64,000 bases of DNA from Gammaproteobacteria bacterium (GTDB lineage: Bacteria > Pseudomonadota > Gammaproteobacteria > JAJFJF01), in contig JAJFJF010000007.1 of NCBI GenBank assembly GCA_021774255.1, positions 33,133 through 97,132 on the forward strand. Direction: 5' to 3'. The position numbers and the translations under genes are program-made. Below, in pieces: positions 63,786 to 64,000 of the stretch (position 1 is the stretch's first letter; each line of letters opens with the position of its first letter). The notes below the pieces were generated by a model that had not been told where the DNA came from, searched no databases, and saw nothing but the letters and a program-made list of their open reading frames with translations.

Positions 63786-64000
63786 TTTCTTGTCTTGTTC
63801 AGCTTGAAAGAAACACCTCTAATTAAAATATCAAAATGAAGTAGCAAAACAGTGAAACGGGTAATAACAGCAGGCTCTCCGCTTAATGACTTTTATTCTT
63901 CTTACCTAATAGGTGTAACAGGAAGAGGGGTGTTTCTGCGCTCAAAAAGAGTTAAGCCACCATCAAAAATAAAAAAATCTTAGCTAAAGCAGTTAAACTA

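Noticed and set aside
1-64000. CRISPR arrays, integrase or transposase genes
   Set aside because: No regularly spaced direct repeats and no recombinase or transposase-like ORFs were seen in any frame.

Overview
This 64 kb window looks like gammaproteobacterial chromosome (the FtsZ, FtsA and Mur proteins are typical of that class) at roughly 45% GC, with islands of higher and lower GC. The conserved backbone is well supported: (1) a complete division/cell-wall cluster on the minus strand (mraZ-rsmH-ftsL-ftsI-murE-murF-mraY-murD-ftsW-murG-murC-murB-ddl-ftsQ-ftsA-ftsZ-lpxC, 35.6-54.2 kb), with RNase P RNA (rnpB) just upstream of mraZ; (2) a his operon, hisGDCBHAF(IE), at 18.3-25.5 kb; (3) housekeeping and metabolic genes: ssb, a dciA-like gene, a ybdL/yafV aminotransferase/omega-amidase pair, MFS transporters, a yeiH-family transporter, an SDR oxidoreductase, a methylpurine DNA glycosylase, and a TPP-enzyme/aldehyde-dehydrogenase pair. 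The accessory content is more unusual: (a) the 5' edge has an AAA ATPase with a DUF234/PD-(D/E)xK tail, a degenerate tRNA-Met-like gene and a standalone HsdR-N-type PD-(D/E)xK nuclease, which is a candidate tRNA-associated defence island; (b) there is a family of giant surface proteins with signal peptides (LVIVD repeats, dystroglycan-type cadherin-like/He_PIG domains, GLUG repeats). Each member has one transmembrane helix and a conserved C-terminal tail module, so the architecture resembles a eukaryotic adhesion receptor. The family has five members (3060-6119, 26500-28218, 29041-30603, 59288-62533, 63123-63785). It shows nucleotide-level patches suggesting gene conversion, an internally deleted paralog, and a shared ~50-nt element downstream of two members; (c) there are two GC-rich eukaryote-like ORFs: a 552-aa protein beginning MGNEGS, which fits an N-myristoylation consensus, and a Pro/Gly-rich low-complexity ORF; (d) REP-like palindromic elements occur in inverted copies, and a truncated DUF4143 AAA-ATPase gene is flanked by 19-bp direct repeats. 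I found no CRISPR array, transposase or integrase. The combination of eukaryote-like proteins with this gene order suggests a host-associated lineage, possibly Legionellales-like. That is inference only; the organism cannot be identified from the sequence.
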